The notes under the pieces: model-generated
Told to the model about the DNA's origin: nothing
What the model saw: only the letters and a program-made list of their open reading frames with translations
The model's database searches: none
Shown here: piece by piece, positions 12,612 to 26,037 of the stretch
Layout: every line of letters begins with the position of its first letter
Position numbering within the stretch: the first letter of the stretch is position 1
Program-made: the position numbers and the translations under genes
Source of the DNA: Trichosphaerium sp. ATCC 40318
Lineage: Eukaryota > Protista > Tubulinea
Direction: 5' to 3'
Assembly (NCBI GenBank): GCA_038496445.1
Contig: JALMLS010000353.1
Coordinates: 1-64,000, forward strand
Length of the DNA: 64,000 nucleotides

Positions 12612-13469
12612 ATGGGAAAAACACAAAGCACCCCTGACGATACTGACGAATACACTGATAAAAATTTTAAACGGACAGCCGTTGATGTGCTCATGAAAGA
12701 AAAATACGGTAAAAACTGGACAGACCTCGAAGAAACCATACTAGTAGCGTACAGAACCAATCGAGAGTCTCTAACGCTTCGTGTTACAGAAGCCCCAATA
12801 ATACCAAGCTGTATTGGCCTTTGTACAAACCTAAAAGAGCTAAAAATACTCGGAAAGCAACTTACTGTACCAAGAGAGATTGGTAAGCTGACGGAGCTTA
12901 CACACCTTCAAACGTATTGTTGTCGCATGCTATTTTATCCTTACGAGCTATCTTATTGTTCCAAACTGGGCGGAGTAGGAGGAAGCAACTTGTACATTGA
13001 TCTCAGCTCTCTTTTAGGCCGCTACTCTTTTCCACCTCTAAATAACACTGAGACTCTTAAAACTGTTACCTCCTTGACTGAGGCTTGTGCCAGAGTGGTT
13101 GTTAAGGAGAAATTGGATACATCAAGTCTACCACAGACACTTCAAGATAAACTTAAGACTAACGGTCCTAAAAAGTGTTCGATTTGCTTTAAGGCTCTTA
13201 ATGACTTTGACAAAGGAAAGCTTGTGTGGCATCAACATCATTTCGGAGGAGACGGCAGAGGTATGCTACCGCTTCTAACACGTGTTTGTAGCCCTGCATG
13301 TGCTGCGCATGTTGAAAAGGCAACACCAAACGACATGGATGTGCTTAAAAGTAGGATGTATTTTACTCCAAAAAGTGGTAAAGAAATGGTCATTGGTGCA
13401 TTAGGCAGGGGCGGTTCGGGCCGAGGAAAGAACTATGAGCACTTCGAAGATGTAGTGTACAACATGTAG
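12612..13469 (+). CDS. Intronless, putatively myristoylated LRR protein with SOCS/BC-box-like and Cys-rich C-terminus (LRRC58-like architecture)
   Basis: MGKTQS start; IPSCIGLCTNLKEL / VPREIGKLTELTHL / YPYELSYCSKL LRRs; TSLTEACARVV..LPQTLQDKL; CSIC..CSPAC. Confidence 0.75.
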   Translation: MGKTQSTPDDTDEYTDKNFKRTAVDVLMKEKYGKNWTDLEETILVAYRTNRESLTLRVTEAPIIPSCIGLCTNLKELKILGKQLTVPREIGKLTELTHLQTYCCRMLFYPYELSYCSKLGGVGGSNLYIDLSSLLGRYSFPPLNNTETLKTVTSLTEACARVVVKEKLDTSSLPQTLQDKLKTNGPKKCSICFKALNDFDKGKLVWHQHHFGGDGRGMLPLLTRVCSPACAAHVEKATPNDMDVLKSRMYFTPKSGKEMVIGALGRGGSGRGKNYEHFEDVVYNM

Positions 13470-13620
13470 TACTTTTAACACGTGAAGTTCGAGCCGAGGT
13501 TGACTTAAGTTGCGACAAAATAAAGTTTGTAAGTTGTTTATTGTCACAACGTTTCGTCCAAAAAGGCTTTAAATCAACCCCACATGTATCGCCTTGCATT
13601 GACATAAGTAAAACTACTCA

Positions 13621-14841
13621 ATGGAAGGAAAAGAAGTCAAAAAACTAGAAAAAATCGGTAGTGGTCGTTTTGGGGACGTTTATAGGGTAGAGGTTGATGG
13701 TGTCACTTGTGCTTTGAAAGAATGTAACGTTAACTCTTCTAACGCAAAAGCAAGCAAGTACCTTGCCACTGAGCTTGAAATACTAACGTCAGTACAACAT
13801 GCCAACATAGTACGATTGGTTGGTACACAGCGCTTGTACGGTCCTTAATATACAAGCCCACGATGCTTACAACTTGTAGAACGGCAGGTGTTAGTATTTT
13901 TATGGAACTACTCCCTTTTGACCTGCCTGGCCTTATACAGCGTATAAGGAGCGAAGAGAGGACAAGTTTTGGCGTTAGCGAGATAAAGAAACTAGCTGGA
14001 GGTAAAAAACCAAACTTTTATTTAATTTTTGACAAAATTTCGGTTTCCAGACATGACACGTGGTTTGATGTATTTACATGACCGCGGATTTATTCATAGA
14101 GATGTAAAGGTACGCATTTATGCTAAGTATAGGTTTGTAGTAGCTCATGAGAGTCCACAATAAATAAAAGCAGAAAAAATTAATAAAATAAATTTTTATT
14201 GAGCTGTCATTCAACGATTACTCCAATACACGTTCTTAATTTTGTTCACTTTTTAGGGAAGTAATATATTATTATCAGTGGATGAGAAGAAGCGTATTAC
14301 AACAGCAAAAATTTGGTATGATTACTTTGTATTGTATTGTTGATTTTTTTTAACAAAGTGCAAAGCGATTTCGGTTTGGCTATCAAGGTTGATAGAGATA
14401 ATTTACCAAGTAATCAAGTTGGATCCTTAAGATGGTATCAATTCTTATTAACCCCTTGAATTTACATTAAACTGCTTACAAAGGATGGCACCAGAGGTGT
14501 ACGAAGAAGAAACTTACGATGAGAAAATTGATGGTCCGAACACTTTCTTTTTTTTCTTTTTTTTGGTTCTTTGTGCTTTTGTCTATCACTAAATTTGTAT
14601 TATAGTGTGGGGTATAGGCATAACATTAATTGAAGCAATCACGTGCGATAAACCTTTTAAACACGTGGCAATTGTACTTGACGTCAAAGATGCAATTTTT
14701 AAGAACGAGTTAGTTGGTGTAATCAACAAGCTACCAAAACAATTTTCTACAGTGACACCTCTACTTTTACACTGTACTCACATTCACCCAAAGAAAAGGG
14801 CTAGCACTACACAAGTACTAGACTACCTAATAGTAAAGTAG
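13621..14841 (+). CDS. Ser/Thr protein kinase (single kinase domain), spliced
   Basis: IGSGRFGDVY, ALKE, HANIVRL, YLHDRGFIHRDVK, DFGLA, GSLRWMAPE, DVWGIG across exons. Confidence 0.92.
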
Positions 14842-15207
14842 TAAACGCTTTAATTCACTAACTTATTGTTCTCATTGATTTCTTGCAATTAAATTAGTTT
14901 TTTACCTTTTGTATTGCACTGTAACTTTGTTCTTCGTTTATACTTTATATTGAAGTTCTGGCTGATCGGAAGACAACTTTGCTAATGTATCCAAAACAGG
15001 AACGTGTTTTGTACCTGAGTGTTTTCGCTTTATTCTGGTTTATGCTGCACTCAAACAACGCGAGTTTGAATGAGATATAATAACGCTGTTGATAAAGCAA
15101 GGGTTTACTGGAGTTCATGCATATAAAAAATACTTGTTTTAGTTACTTCGTGATAAGATTTTTTCTTTCCATAGAAGTCAACAGTAGGGCATTGCCACGG
15201 TGTAAGT

Positions 15208-16326
15208 TTATTTGAGTGAAACTATATTGCAATCACGAATGTACTCTAATGATACAAAGTAGTCATAAGCTCTATCCAAGAAACCCCAACCGTACTCATC
15301 AAATGATTCAGTGTCTTCTACCCACAAAGCATCCAACTTTAAGTCAGTAATAAAGAAATGAGTAATTCCCCACATGCCCTCTCTAACGTTTTGGAGAGCT
15401 TCCATCAATCTAATTAAAGCTAATTTATTATCCCATGTTTCCTCACTAGAGCTCCCGTAGTATTCTTTGAGAAACGCAATGCGTGTTTTGACATCAAAGC
15501 CAGGGTTCATTGCAAATAGATTAGCAATGTCAAAAAGAGGATCGCCAACAGAACAGTACTCAAAGTCAATCAATGTCAATATATCATTCCCTTTTACATG
15601 TAATATATTGCTTGGTACAAGGTCATTATGAAGTGTTGTAATTCCAGATGATGGAGGAAGTAGAGCATTCGTTTTACGAGCATACGTAAAAATCTTTTGC
15701 AACTTTTTCCATTGTATGCTGTTTTTATCGAAACTGCCTTTCTGCTCTTTGTACAACTCTGGATATAGAGACAATCGGATCTCAGCTATTCTTAGAGGAG
15801 TATCAGGATTTTCAAAACCTAAATCCTGACTAGTGAACAAAATGCTAGAGTGAAAGTCAAGTATTAAGTGCGCGAGCTTTGCAAATGTTGGGTGCTTTGT
15901 ATTGGTCATATTAACTGGCATGAGCGGTTCAGAGTTACCCACAAACTCTGATAACACCAGACCTTCTTCTACCGAAGAAGCTATAACAGCTGGCGAGAGC
16001 CCAACATGGTTACTAGCCATAGCACATTTTACTTCATTCTCACGAATAATGCCGTGTATTCGCTTGTATTTATGGTGCTCTGGGAACTGTCTATCACCCG
16101 CAATGCGTAAAATCATATCATTACCATGTCTGTATGTTATTTTGTATTGCCTGTTAGATAAACCGCCTCCAATAGGTATCACGTGCTCTATTTTTAAATT
16201 TGTTATGTTTTCTCGTCTAAGAAGATCGTATACAATTGTTCTAATATTTGGGTGATTGCCAGTACGTGTCAATAGGTACATTATAACCATTGATGATATG
16301 CCAATAATAACGACTACTCTGAGCAT
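15208..16326 (-). CDS. Choline/ethanolamine kinase-like phosphotransferase with N-terminal membrane anchor, intronless
   Basis: GGLSN, ILRI, Brenner motif HNDLVPSNIL, LIDFEY..GDPLFDIANL; hydrophobic N-terminus. Confidence 0.85.
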   Translation of the reverse strand: MLRVVVIIGISSMVIMYLLTRTGNHPNIRTIVYDLLRRENITNLKIEHVIPIGGGLSNRQYKITYRHGNDMILRIAGDRQFPEHHKYKRIHGIIRENEVKCAMASNHVGLSPAVIASSVEEGLVLSEFVGNSEPLMPVNMTNTKHPTFAKLAHLILDFHSSILFTSQDLGFENPDTPLRIAEIRLSLYPELYKEQKGSFDKNSIQWKKLQKIFTYARKTNALLPPSSGITTLHNDLVPSNILHVKGNDILTLIDFEYCSVGDPLFDIANLFAMNPGFDVKTRIAFLKEYYGSSSEETWDNKLALIRLMEALQNVREGMWGITHFFITDLKLDALWVEDTESFDEYGWGFLDRAYDYFVSLEYIRDCNIVSLK

Positions 16327-16789
16327 GGCAAAGGAGGTAATGAGTCAGCAAATGGCTTAAGAATATAAACCTTCACTTAACCTCTACTTTACATTCTCTT
16401 ATTTTGATTTGTCTGTGTTGCACCGAACGACCCAACCGCAGGCTAACATACATCGATGCTAACAAATATTTACATACGAGTACGGGGTAGTTGAGACAAT
16501 TTCGAAAAGTTATGAATTTTTGCTATTTTCAGGATTTCTAGAATCTTTGAGACGTCTTTGCTTGCCTCAGAACCATCTCAAACTTCAATTGATACTTTGT
16601 ACCGAGGAAAAGCAACAGTCCGAGTAATTTTTTTCAAAAGTGGAGGAATTTCTTTAACTGTTTCAACAGCATGCTGCCTACCGCTCTCGACAGTCACAAA
16701 TAACAGTCCCATGTATATTTTAACGCATGAGGGAGCTTATAACAGCTAACAAGGAGACAAAAAGAGTGCACTCGATAAAGACAACCCAT

Positions 16790-16960
16790 AAAACCAGTTG
16801 TGTACCTTTGGTGAAACAATACACTTTGTCAATGATAACCGTGTACAAATGTTGGTAAGAAAATGGCCAATCTAAGTTACAACGTCAATGGCAAACATGC
16901 ACTGGAACAAAGCTTGGGCGATAACAGATGGGCGAAGGATTTGGCAATGATTGACTTAAT
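16790..16960 (+). pseudogene. Decayed remnant of an F-box-like/MORN-variant gene
   Basis: tgtacctttggtgaaac..cactttgtcaa resembles 30941-30987 (CTFNKET..HTLSK). TGG TAA GAA AAT GGC CAA reads as WYENGQ with Tyr->stop. It is followed by VNGKH..EQS. Confidence 0.45.
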
Positions 16961-18320
16961 ATCGAATACAGACTGCCTCGTATTCTTATATTCTCGTATG
17001 ATTGTTTGGTTTCAATGTAGTTTTTTGATGTTGGTGCCCTTCTGTAGACAGAGTTGACCCATAAATATTTTAGTTTAATGTACTCTAAACTAGTGCAATA
17101 CTAGAAAATAACAATCCTGAAACATGCAGTTATTGTTTAGTATGAAATCAAGACGCTAAGAATAAAACAAAATACGGGCTTGTTGCTCAACATCTCGGTA
17201 AGAAAGGCCTCATGTACTCTCAACTCTCAGTACCGTATTTGACTTCTTAGGAACTTCACATTTGTAGTCTTATATGTGGCTAGGACTCATTATCACTGAA
17301 ACGTGACACCAAATTTCCCGAAGTAAAATTTTTTCATATTTGCATAAAACTTAATTCTGGTCACGTTTTATAAAAGATAAAATCTAGTGTCTTCAGAACT
17401 TCCGCTGATGTCGTATTCAATTAAACATCACCAATTTTTTTGAAGCTCTAAGAAACTTGTAAAGCATGCCTTACGCTGTACCGAATAAGCATTGATATGT
17501 TGAACTTTTATTGTGAAGTTCGAAGCCAGATTGTATCTGGTTTTCTCAACAAAATTGTCGGATGTTAAAACAAGAAAGAGTGTTACAATGTCTATAAAAC
17601 AACTTGTGTAATGCAGGTAGTATTGCTGGTCCGTGTTTTAAAGGGTCACGTTTTTATATCAATCACGTATGTGAAACGTCATCGTCGCTTCAAAATTGCA
17701 AATAGACGTACTGGAAACCGCTGCGGTGAGAGAACAAACCATTAATTCTACTGTGAATTGTTACTTCAACTCAAAAAAGAAACTGTTTCGTAAGCTAATA
17801 ATATTTTTCGTATGTTCGAATTTCCTCATGTGCTACTAGTAATATACATCTTGGGCATTTCAGTTCTTATAGCGTGAGCTTTTGCCGAATATTTATTACG
17901 GATGACAGTTCGCTAGATGTGTGTACTATATGCTTGGTTATTTGTTAGCTCTAGAACGTAACATTCGCGGTTATAGTTCTAGGCTAAATCCTTGAAATCT
18001 GGTTTTTTTGGTGTCATCACGTGATAGTGGACATTTTGGCTAGGATAAAAACTGATTATTGAGAATTTACAAGGCGCTACAATTACGCAATTGGTTGGTT
18101 TAGAAAGCAGAACTACGCATGTGATAGAAACACGATAATTCTCGATTTTTAAACGGCATCATAGGCGATAATATTGTACGTAATAGTGCTACAACAGTTT
18201 TTTTCTGAACTGTCGTTTTTAGTTGTTAGCCATTTAAGAAGTTCTCGCTATTTCACGTAAGCCTTTCATATGAAAGTTGTCTACATTTTTAAAGCTCATA
18301 AAACAAACAGTAGACAAACA

Positions 18321-19989
18321 ATGCATCACTTCTCTCTACTACTATCCCTTCTCGCTCTTGCAGTTCTTTGCGCCGTACGTCTTCTTCTTTTTATCGACAA
18401 ACAAAAAAACCACAATCTCGTTAGATGGTGCCGTATTAACTGTTTATGTATAGGCTCAACCAACTAGCGATCCATGCGTAAACGATTGTTTACCCGGATT
18501 TGGTTCTTGTACAGCTAGTGCTCCAAGATGTAGGATATTTCTTAGCACGTGTATCTTAGGTTGTAATGAAGACCCAACCGATATGCCAACTGATATGCCA
18601 ACCGACATGCCAACCGATATACCGACCGATGTACCAACCAACAACACAGCTGCCGGATGTGCTCAAGCATGTGGTCAAAGCCTCCGAAGTTGTTTTGCAG
18701 ACGCAAATACCGGTGACGCAAGAAGTCAATGTTTGGACGAATACGCAGATTGCCAAGGCGAGTGTCCAACAAACCCACCATCTGAAGAAACTGAAGAAGA
18801 TCCTTGTGTGACAAATTGCACTATAGCATTCGGGGAGTGCAACGACAATGGAGGAAACATTTTTGATTGTCTAGACGAATATACAACATGTCTAAACGAT
18901 GAATGTGATGCTTCTGTACCTGAAATTCCAATACCGACCAACAGAACAACCGATATGCCAACTGATATGCCAACCGATATGCCAACTGATATGCCAACTG
19001 ACGTACCAACAGATATACCAACCAACGACACAGTTGCCCGATGTGCTCAAGCATGTGGTCAAAGCCTCCGAAGTTGTTTTGCAGATGCAAATACCTTTGA
19101 TGCAAGAAGTCAATGTTTGGACGAATACGCAGATTGCCAACGTGCTTGTCCAACAAACCCTCCATCTGAAGAAACTGAAGAAGATCCTTGTGTGACAAAT
19201 TGCACTATAGCATTCGGGGAGTGCAACGACAATGGAGGAAACATTTTTGATTGTCTAGATGAATACACAACGTGTCTAAACGATGAATGTGATGCTTCTG
19301 TACCTGAAATTCCAATACCGACCAACAGACCAACCGATATGCCAACCGATGTGCCAACTGATACACCAACTGACGTTGATTCCGGATTCTCATTAGTTGA
19401 GTGTTTCGGAGAGTGCCGTACAAGAAGCCAAGAGTGTATGGATGCTGCAAGTACCATTGATGATAGAAGACAATGCACACAAAACTTTGGAGATTGCCGC
19501 TCAGGTTGTATCCCAGGATTTACATCGCCACCAACTGAAAAACCTTCATGCCGACAAACGTGCTTGGAAGACTTTAGGGAGTGCAGCAGAAACGGAGATG
19601 TCCAAGAATGTCGTGATGCCCTGAACACGTGCCTTTCAGATGATTGTGGTATTGATATTCCAACACCTCGCCCAACCGAACAACCAAGAGCTGTGCCAAA
19701 CTCTTATGAAGAGACAATAAGTTGTTTAAAAGATTGTAATGAAGATTACAGAGATTGCAATGATGAAGATGATACGACAATTTCTGACTGCAGAGATGAA
19801 AGACGCACATGCCGCAGCAGATGCTATGGAAGACCTGCAGTAACACCAAGGCCAACAGTAACACCAAGACCAACAGAAGCAGCATCCTGCAACCTTATGT
19901 GTGTTAAAGCTTTAAGTGACTGCAACGCCAACAATGGATTTAGTTTCCAGTGTGTCCAAGATATGAATGCATGTATGGAAGACTGTTAG
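18321..19989 (+). CDS. Secreted acidic Cys-rich protein: nine Cx3Cx6C-xn-Cx6Cx3/4C modules with PTD(M/I/V) linkers
   Basis: Signal peptide MHHFSLLLSLLALAVLCA; one intron (18375-18453) joins it in frame to the 468-aa ORF; repeated six-Cys modules. Confidence 0.85.
18575..19350 (+). repeat. Near-identical internal tandem duplication (~0.38 kb unit) plus 12-bp CCAACYGAYATG microrepeats
   Basis: 18657-18945 is repeated almost exactly at 19041-19329. Confidence 0.9.
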
Positions 19990-20491
19990 CTATTCTTACA
20001 AAATAAAACCCTATCAAATTTCATCCTGTTTTTAATTGTCTTACATGTATTTTTCGAATAGTTTTTGTTTTGTACGTATTGTCGGTTGCGTTCAAGATAA
20101 AACTGATCTTTAATCGTCCAAATCAGTTTGGTCTTGTAACTGAAAGCTATGTTCTCCACGTGATCATAACTAAGTATCCAATCCCAAATTGTTTTGTTTA
20201 TCGTAATAACAATTAGGGTAATACAACTTTCTCAAGAACAGGTCGAGTCATCCACTAAAGTTTACCCAAAGTTGTGTTTTGTTTTTTAGCCTTCCTTCAA
20301 GTTGACTTTCTATTTGATCGAAAATCACTTATTTCGTCTTCTGATATCTAGAATTTCTGCGTCAGCTACAAGTGTATCAAAAGACGAAAAGACCGTACCG
20401 ATGCATTTACATACAAGATCCTAAATTGACTTAATCAACAGATGAAGCGAGACTTACATTGAACTCTCAATAAACTATTCCAAAAGGTGCA

Positions 20492-22571
20492 ATGTACACT
20501 ACACAACTCGTTGTGGTGCTTGTACTATGCGCTGCAGTAGCGGCAGATAAGATAACTAACTTACCTGGGTACAATGGGACTAAGCTTGATATGTACTCCG
20601 GTTTTATCGAAATCGGTGATACAGGGCGCCATATTCACTACTGGCTCATTGGTACGTTTATTTTGTCCAAAACGCGTCATTTCACTCTTTTTCGCTTACA
20701 ACACGCGCTAACTAGCCTGTAGAAGCAGTAAAAAACCCTGAAACTGCTCCTTTAGTCTATTGGACAAATGGAGGTCCTGGATGCTCTGGTGTCGGCGGTG
20801 GTCTCTTTGAAGAGGGCGGACCTTTGCGTGTTGGTACGCTATACGGGTTTTAAAGCCAAATAAAGCTAAGTTTTCTTAATTAGACTCTGAGGGTAAGGTA
20901 CGCTACACCACACCTTCATGGACAGAGGTCGCAAATGTTGTATTCGTAGAGGCAAGTCCATAACGATTATAATCACCAAAAAACAAAAAAAACATTTAAC
21001 GCCCTATTTTAGCAACCAGCTGGTGTGGGTTTCTCATACTTTACTGATATTTTTGATCGCGTTACAAACGACGAGAAAGCTGCCAACGATAATGTCAAAT
21101 TCTTGAAAGGTAAGAAAATAAACAATCAAGTCCTCCAGAACACCCAAAAAAATTAATTGTCAGATAACAGGTGTTTTTTTGGGTTTTTTTTTTGATTTCT
21201 CCTTCAGGCTTTTTAAAAGCGTTCCCAAAATACGTTGGACGTCAAACATGGCTTACTGGTGAGAGTTATGGAGGTGTTTACATTCCTATGCTCGCTTCAT
21301 ACATCTTGGCGTACGTCTCTTTGAATTTGATCACTAATTTCTAAGACTTACGCACTGTAGTGACCCATCAACTCAAATTGCTAAGCAATTGGAAGGATTC
21401 ATGGTAGGTAACCCAGTGTTCAACTGTCAAGGTGCGTACTTGTGTTAAAGCGAATCGTTTATGTTGAAAAAACCCAAACTTACTAACGGCTTGTAGAAAG
21501 TAGTGAGACTCAACAAGCATCGGCAAACCTACTTTACTGGCATGGTTTAGTGAGTTATACAAATTGGGCTAAATGGCAACAAAACGATTGTGATACAAGC
21601 AACTCTGGTACCTGTAACAGAATCTACAGCGTAATGGTGTCTGAAATTGGCGTCATTGAACAACCAACAAAGAAAGAGCTAGAAAACTTCGTTGTATCTG
21701 ATAAGCGACAAGCAGAGTTTAAACTTCCGTCTTTGAACCCAGATGACATTTACTTTGTACGGTTTTTTATTTTTTTTGTAGAGCGACAAAGAATTGTATC
21801 TACCGCCTTGTGACGTCAGTAGCTAGTATTAACTAGTCATTATTAGGACTTCTGTACTGGAAACGGTAGTTTAGCTTTTTCAGAACATTCTCAAGGAGAA
21901 TGCAATACTATTGATAACCGCGTTGAAAAATACTTGAACCGTAACGATGTTCAAAAGAGTATTTTTGTCAAGCCTGACACTGAATGGAGTGAATGTACAT
22001 CTGACTTACTGTACATACCAAGTGTACGCTCAGTAAGCTCGTAAATAAGTTTTTAACAGTGTTGATAGGGTGCTGACATGATTCCTTACTACAACAGAGC
22101 ATTTGCCGCAAAACCAGGCCTCAAAGTACTTGTATACTCTGGAGATGTTGATATTCTCACTGTGCCATTCGCACATACAACACCTTGTGTTTACAAAATG
22201 GGTACAAATATAAAGAAGACATGGGCTCCATGGTTTGTAAATGGTGCTACAGCTGGATACGTTGAAGTATTCGATCGCTTTACATACGCTACAATTAAGG
22301 GAGCTGGCCATGAGGTGAGTTTAAGTGAATTTTTTTTTGCCCAACTATGATTTTTTTCATTCAATTTTGAAAACAAACCTGAAGACATTCGGATTTTTAA
22401 TTGATTAATCAATACTAGGCTCCTGAATACCAACCATTGAATACATACGAGTTATTTAAACGATTTTTGACTTCAGGTAAATTACAAGATCCCGCTCACG
22501 CCCCAAAACCTACAGGTCCACGAGCATTGAAACAACGTGATATGTTAAAACATTACGGTGTTAAGAAATAA
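20492..22571 (+). CDS. Serine carboxypeptidase, family S10, spliced
   Basis: Signal peptide, [54 protein letters not shown] (full catalytic triad). Confidence 0.95.
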
Positions 22572-24852
22572 ACAAGTAACGGCTTTTTTATGAAATTCTC
22601 AGTTTTTTTTATTTTCAGATTTGCTTTGTTTACTTCGCAGTATCCTTTTGCTTGTGTACGCAGAATACTTGATAAAATTGTATTTTGACATTAAAAATTG
22701 AAGTAGGAGGCAAGATAAAGGGAATTTGGGCTGAGTGAACACAAAGTCCTTTCTCCGTGATTTTTCTTGTTTTGAGGTAAACCAATCACCGTACAAAGTA
22801 GTTTGGTTTAAATAAACCGTTACTAATACGACTTTGGGTACCGCTAGGTTGTTTTTTAAATAATGTAACACGTCTAATATCGCTGTATCTTGAGCTTCTT
22901 TGCTGCCAATGACGCTTGACTTTGTGAATTGTTCTCCAACACATCTTCGTTGATATAGAGTTTAATCGTGGTTCAACAGGAGAAACTCGAACTGGCAGTG
23001 CTTTATACCTCTTTATTGTATGTTCCGGCTGTTTTGTAGAGCGTGATGTATTTCTCCTAGTCTTCCCGAGTTTATGTGCGGGATTGTCTGGTAAACCGTT
23101 TGTATACTTCGGGTACTGTGCCCAATGTTCTACTACGCCCTCGTGTTGTATCCTAAGAACGCGCGGTAGCCACGTAGGATTCGTTTTAGGTTTTCGCCAG
23201 CTGAGAAAAAGGGGAGGTTAGCGCTAGTTAAAAAGTGATAGGGTGAAAAGCAAGCAAGAGATTGTGATGCAGAGTCTCGCTGCCGAGATTTGTACAAAAA
23301 ATTCTATCTTGAGAACGTAAAGAAGGAGGACAAGGTACTACAGAAGTAGTACAACCGATCCTATTTTTTATTGATTTTTGTTCTTCAAGCCCGAAAAAAT
23401 CCAAAACGAAAAATAAAAATTACGCCTATTTTTCCGGCTACTGGAACATAATTGTTGTTTTAGGTGCTTGTTTATGTTACTGTTATTAACGTTACCTATT
23501 TGTTTTCTTAATTTTTGGTAGTGTCGGCTGAGGTCTGCGATGATTTGTCCGATGGCTCTGAATACCACTTAGAAAAGCTGCTGCGCTCATTTCTCTTGCG
23601 TCGAAAGTTGGTTTAGATGACTCCAAGTATTCATAAAAAGGTTTACAAGGGATTATATTACTGTTATTTGATATCATATGTGTATTTGCAGCGGTGAGGT
23701 TTCTCTCAGTTGTACTAAATATTTATGTTTTTTGGTTTTTGTTCAAAAAAATAAACTTTTTCTATTTCTTGTGTTAAGTTAGAAGGGAGTTTCAAATTAG
23801 GTCACCTCCATCATATTGTGGTATGTTTGTTAGTTAAATGTTAAAGCGGAAAGCTTCTGTTTACGTCGTAACAATATAAAAACAATACTCCATTTTTGTA
23901 ACCGTATCTGTTATTGTAGTATATTCTGACTTTGAGCACGTGCTCAAAGCTCATACCGCCCATAGTTAAAATTATGATTAGGCTCAACAAAAACAACGAT
24001 TCCACAAAAAAAAATGCTCGTAAAAACTTGTAAAAAATTCGGCAGTTCAACCTTCACTTGCCTTTTTTCGAAGGTGTCAGATGTGAATTGATTCTTTTGT
24101 TCGCCGGAGTTTTAAATGAAAAACAATAATTACCTTCATAAGAGCCCACGTGACACGAATAGACGGATTTCAATTCATTTTGAATGTGTACAAAAAGTTC
24201 GTTTAAAAATTTCTCCGTTGCAGGAATGGGCGTATTACAAACCTTTTAGCCCACGTGCATTCATACGGTTCATTTTGTAAGAAATATATTAGAGTTTACT
24301 AGTTATTAAACCCAACTGCTCTGCAATACGTGTTAGTGTTAGCTAACCAAGCACTAGAACTGGGAACCCATCTCAAGAAAACAAAACACAGAAGCATTGG
24401 TTTGTAAAAAGTTTGTGAATTACCTGTTCTAATACTAACTCGGACATTGTAACGTGATGTAACATATGTAGTAATTATAACCAATACGGTATTTTAAAAA
24501 CTAAGAAACTGCAAATCACATGCGAACCTTCAACTTCTGCCAACACCTATTTTACAATATAGTGGCTCTTGTTCAGGCCTCTTTTAGGATTCACCCCATG
24601 GAGTGGTAGCTGTCTATAGTTTTCATCTAAAAATAACAAAAAAATGGAACAAACAATTCAAGTTTTTTTTGAAATATTTTTCGATTTTACAAATTGTACA
24701 ATTCTCTTTTTACCCGCAGTATACATTGACTATATTCATTATCCGTAGTTACACATAATATTACACACACAGCTCGTCTCTATCTCCATCAAAGATGCTT
24801 CTTTTTTTGTTGTATTTCTGATGAAAATGCCAGAGCAAATACGCTTTTTTTT

Positions 24853-26037
24853 TTATATTTCGTTTAGAAGCTGTGCCAGCCACCGTGCGGTTGTTGGTTC
24901 GTCTTGCAAAAAATTATTAAATAATCCTTTACGGAAAGCTTCTGGTAAGCATGTTGCTAATGCTTCTCGTGCTCTAGTACAGAGTAAGACAAACAAAAAA
25001 ATATAGTGAGAAACAAAACAAAGCTTGTTATGATTTTTCTTCTACTTGCCTGACATTATCCGCAAGACGCAAATAGCACCGTACAATATGCTTCAAAAGG
25101 CGTTGACTAGGTGCTTCACGAAGTTGTTGTACCTAAACAAGTAATTAAATCAAAAAGAAGCCAAAAGCGAACAAACAAGTAAAATAATCTGCTTTTTTCA
25201 AAAAATAAGCAAGTCACGATCTTAAAACAACGGCTAAGATATCCTACCATATTATTTAGCACAGAAGAGACAGCATAGAATCTATCTGGAGTAGCACAGA
25301 TGTAACTGAGTCCCATGTCATCGAGTAATATTTTTTGTACGATAAACGTTGCTACCTGTCACATTAAAATGTCAGAAAGTGACGTTTTAGCAAAAATTGT
25401 ACCGTTTTAGAAAGCTCAGAACCAATTTCCATTATGCGTAGACACAAAGGAATAATTTCAGTTGACAGAAGAAAATTAATTACTTCAGAATCATCCATCT
25501 AGCGTGGAGGTTAATATAAAGGTTCAGGACTGCAAATAGATTAAAAAACTAATTAAAACAATTAAAATTATTTTATACCTTCACCAATGCGCCAATAACA
25601 CCGAGACTTGTGAGGCGTAGGTATTCAAAGGGACGCTTTGTATTTACAGTGTTCAAGAATGGGTACAGAAATAAAGGGATTTGAGCTAAGATTTGGTGAG
25701 TAAAGCGCTTGTAGCTTTCGAATAGCATACCGTTAAGGAATAAAGTGCGAGTTTCGCGATGAGCGGCTACACACTGCAACAGAGCTAGTGCATTACAAAC
25801 TCTGTTTGATTGGTATGGTTTGAGCTTTGGTGGTGACAGCAAAGGGTAGATCGACACAATCTCCTGCAATAGTGCCGCAATGGTGCCAAAGCTATACCAA
25901 AGTATGGGAGCAAGGTCAGGGACAGCTTCACGCTTTTTACTGAGCTCAAGAAGCGCTCTGTCTCGTTTTTCTTTATTCGTTAACTCAAGCACTAAATGCT
26001 TTATCTGGTCCTCTTCAGACTGCGGTTGAGGTTCCAT
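24853..26037 (-). CDS. CNOT9: CCR4-NOT subunit 9 / Rcd1 / Caf40
   Basis: [73 protein letters not shown]. Confidence 0.97.
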
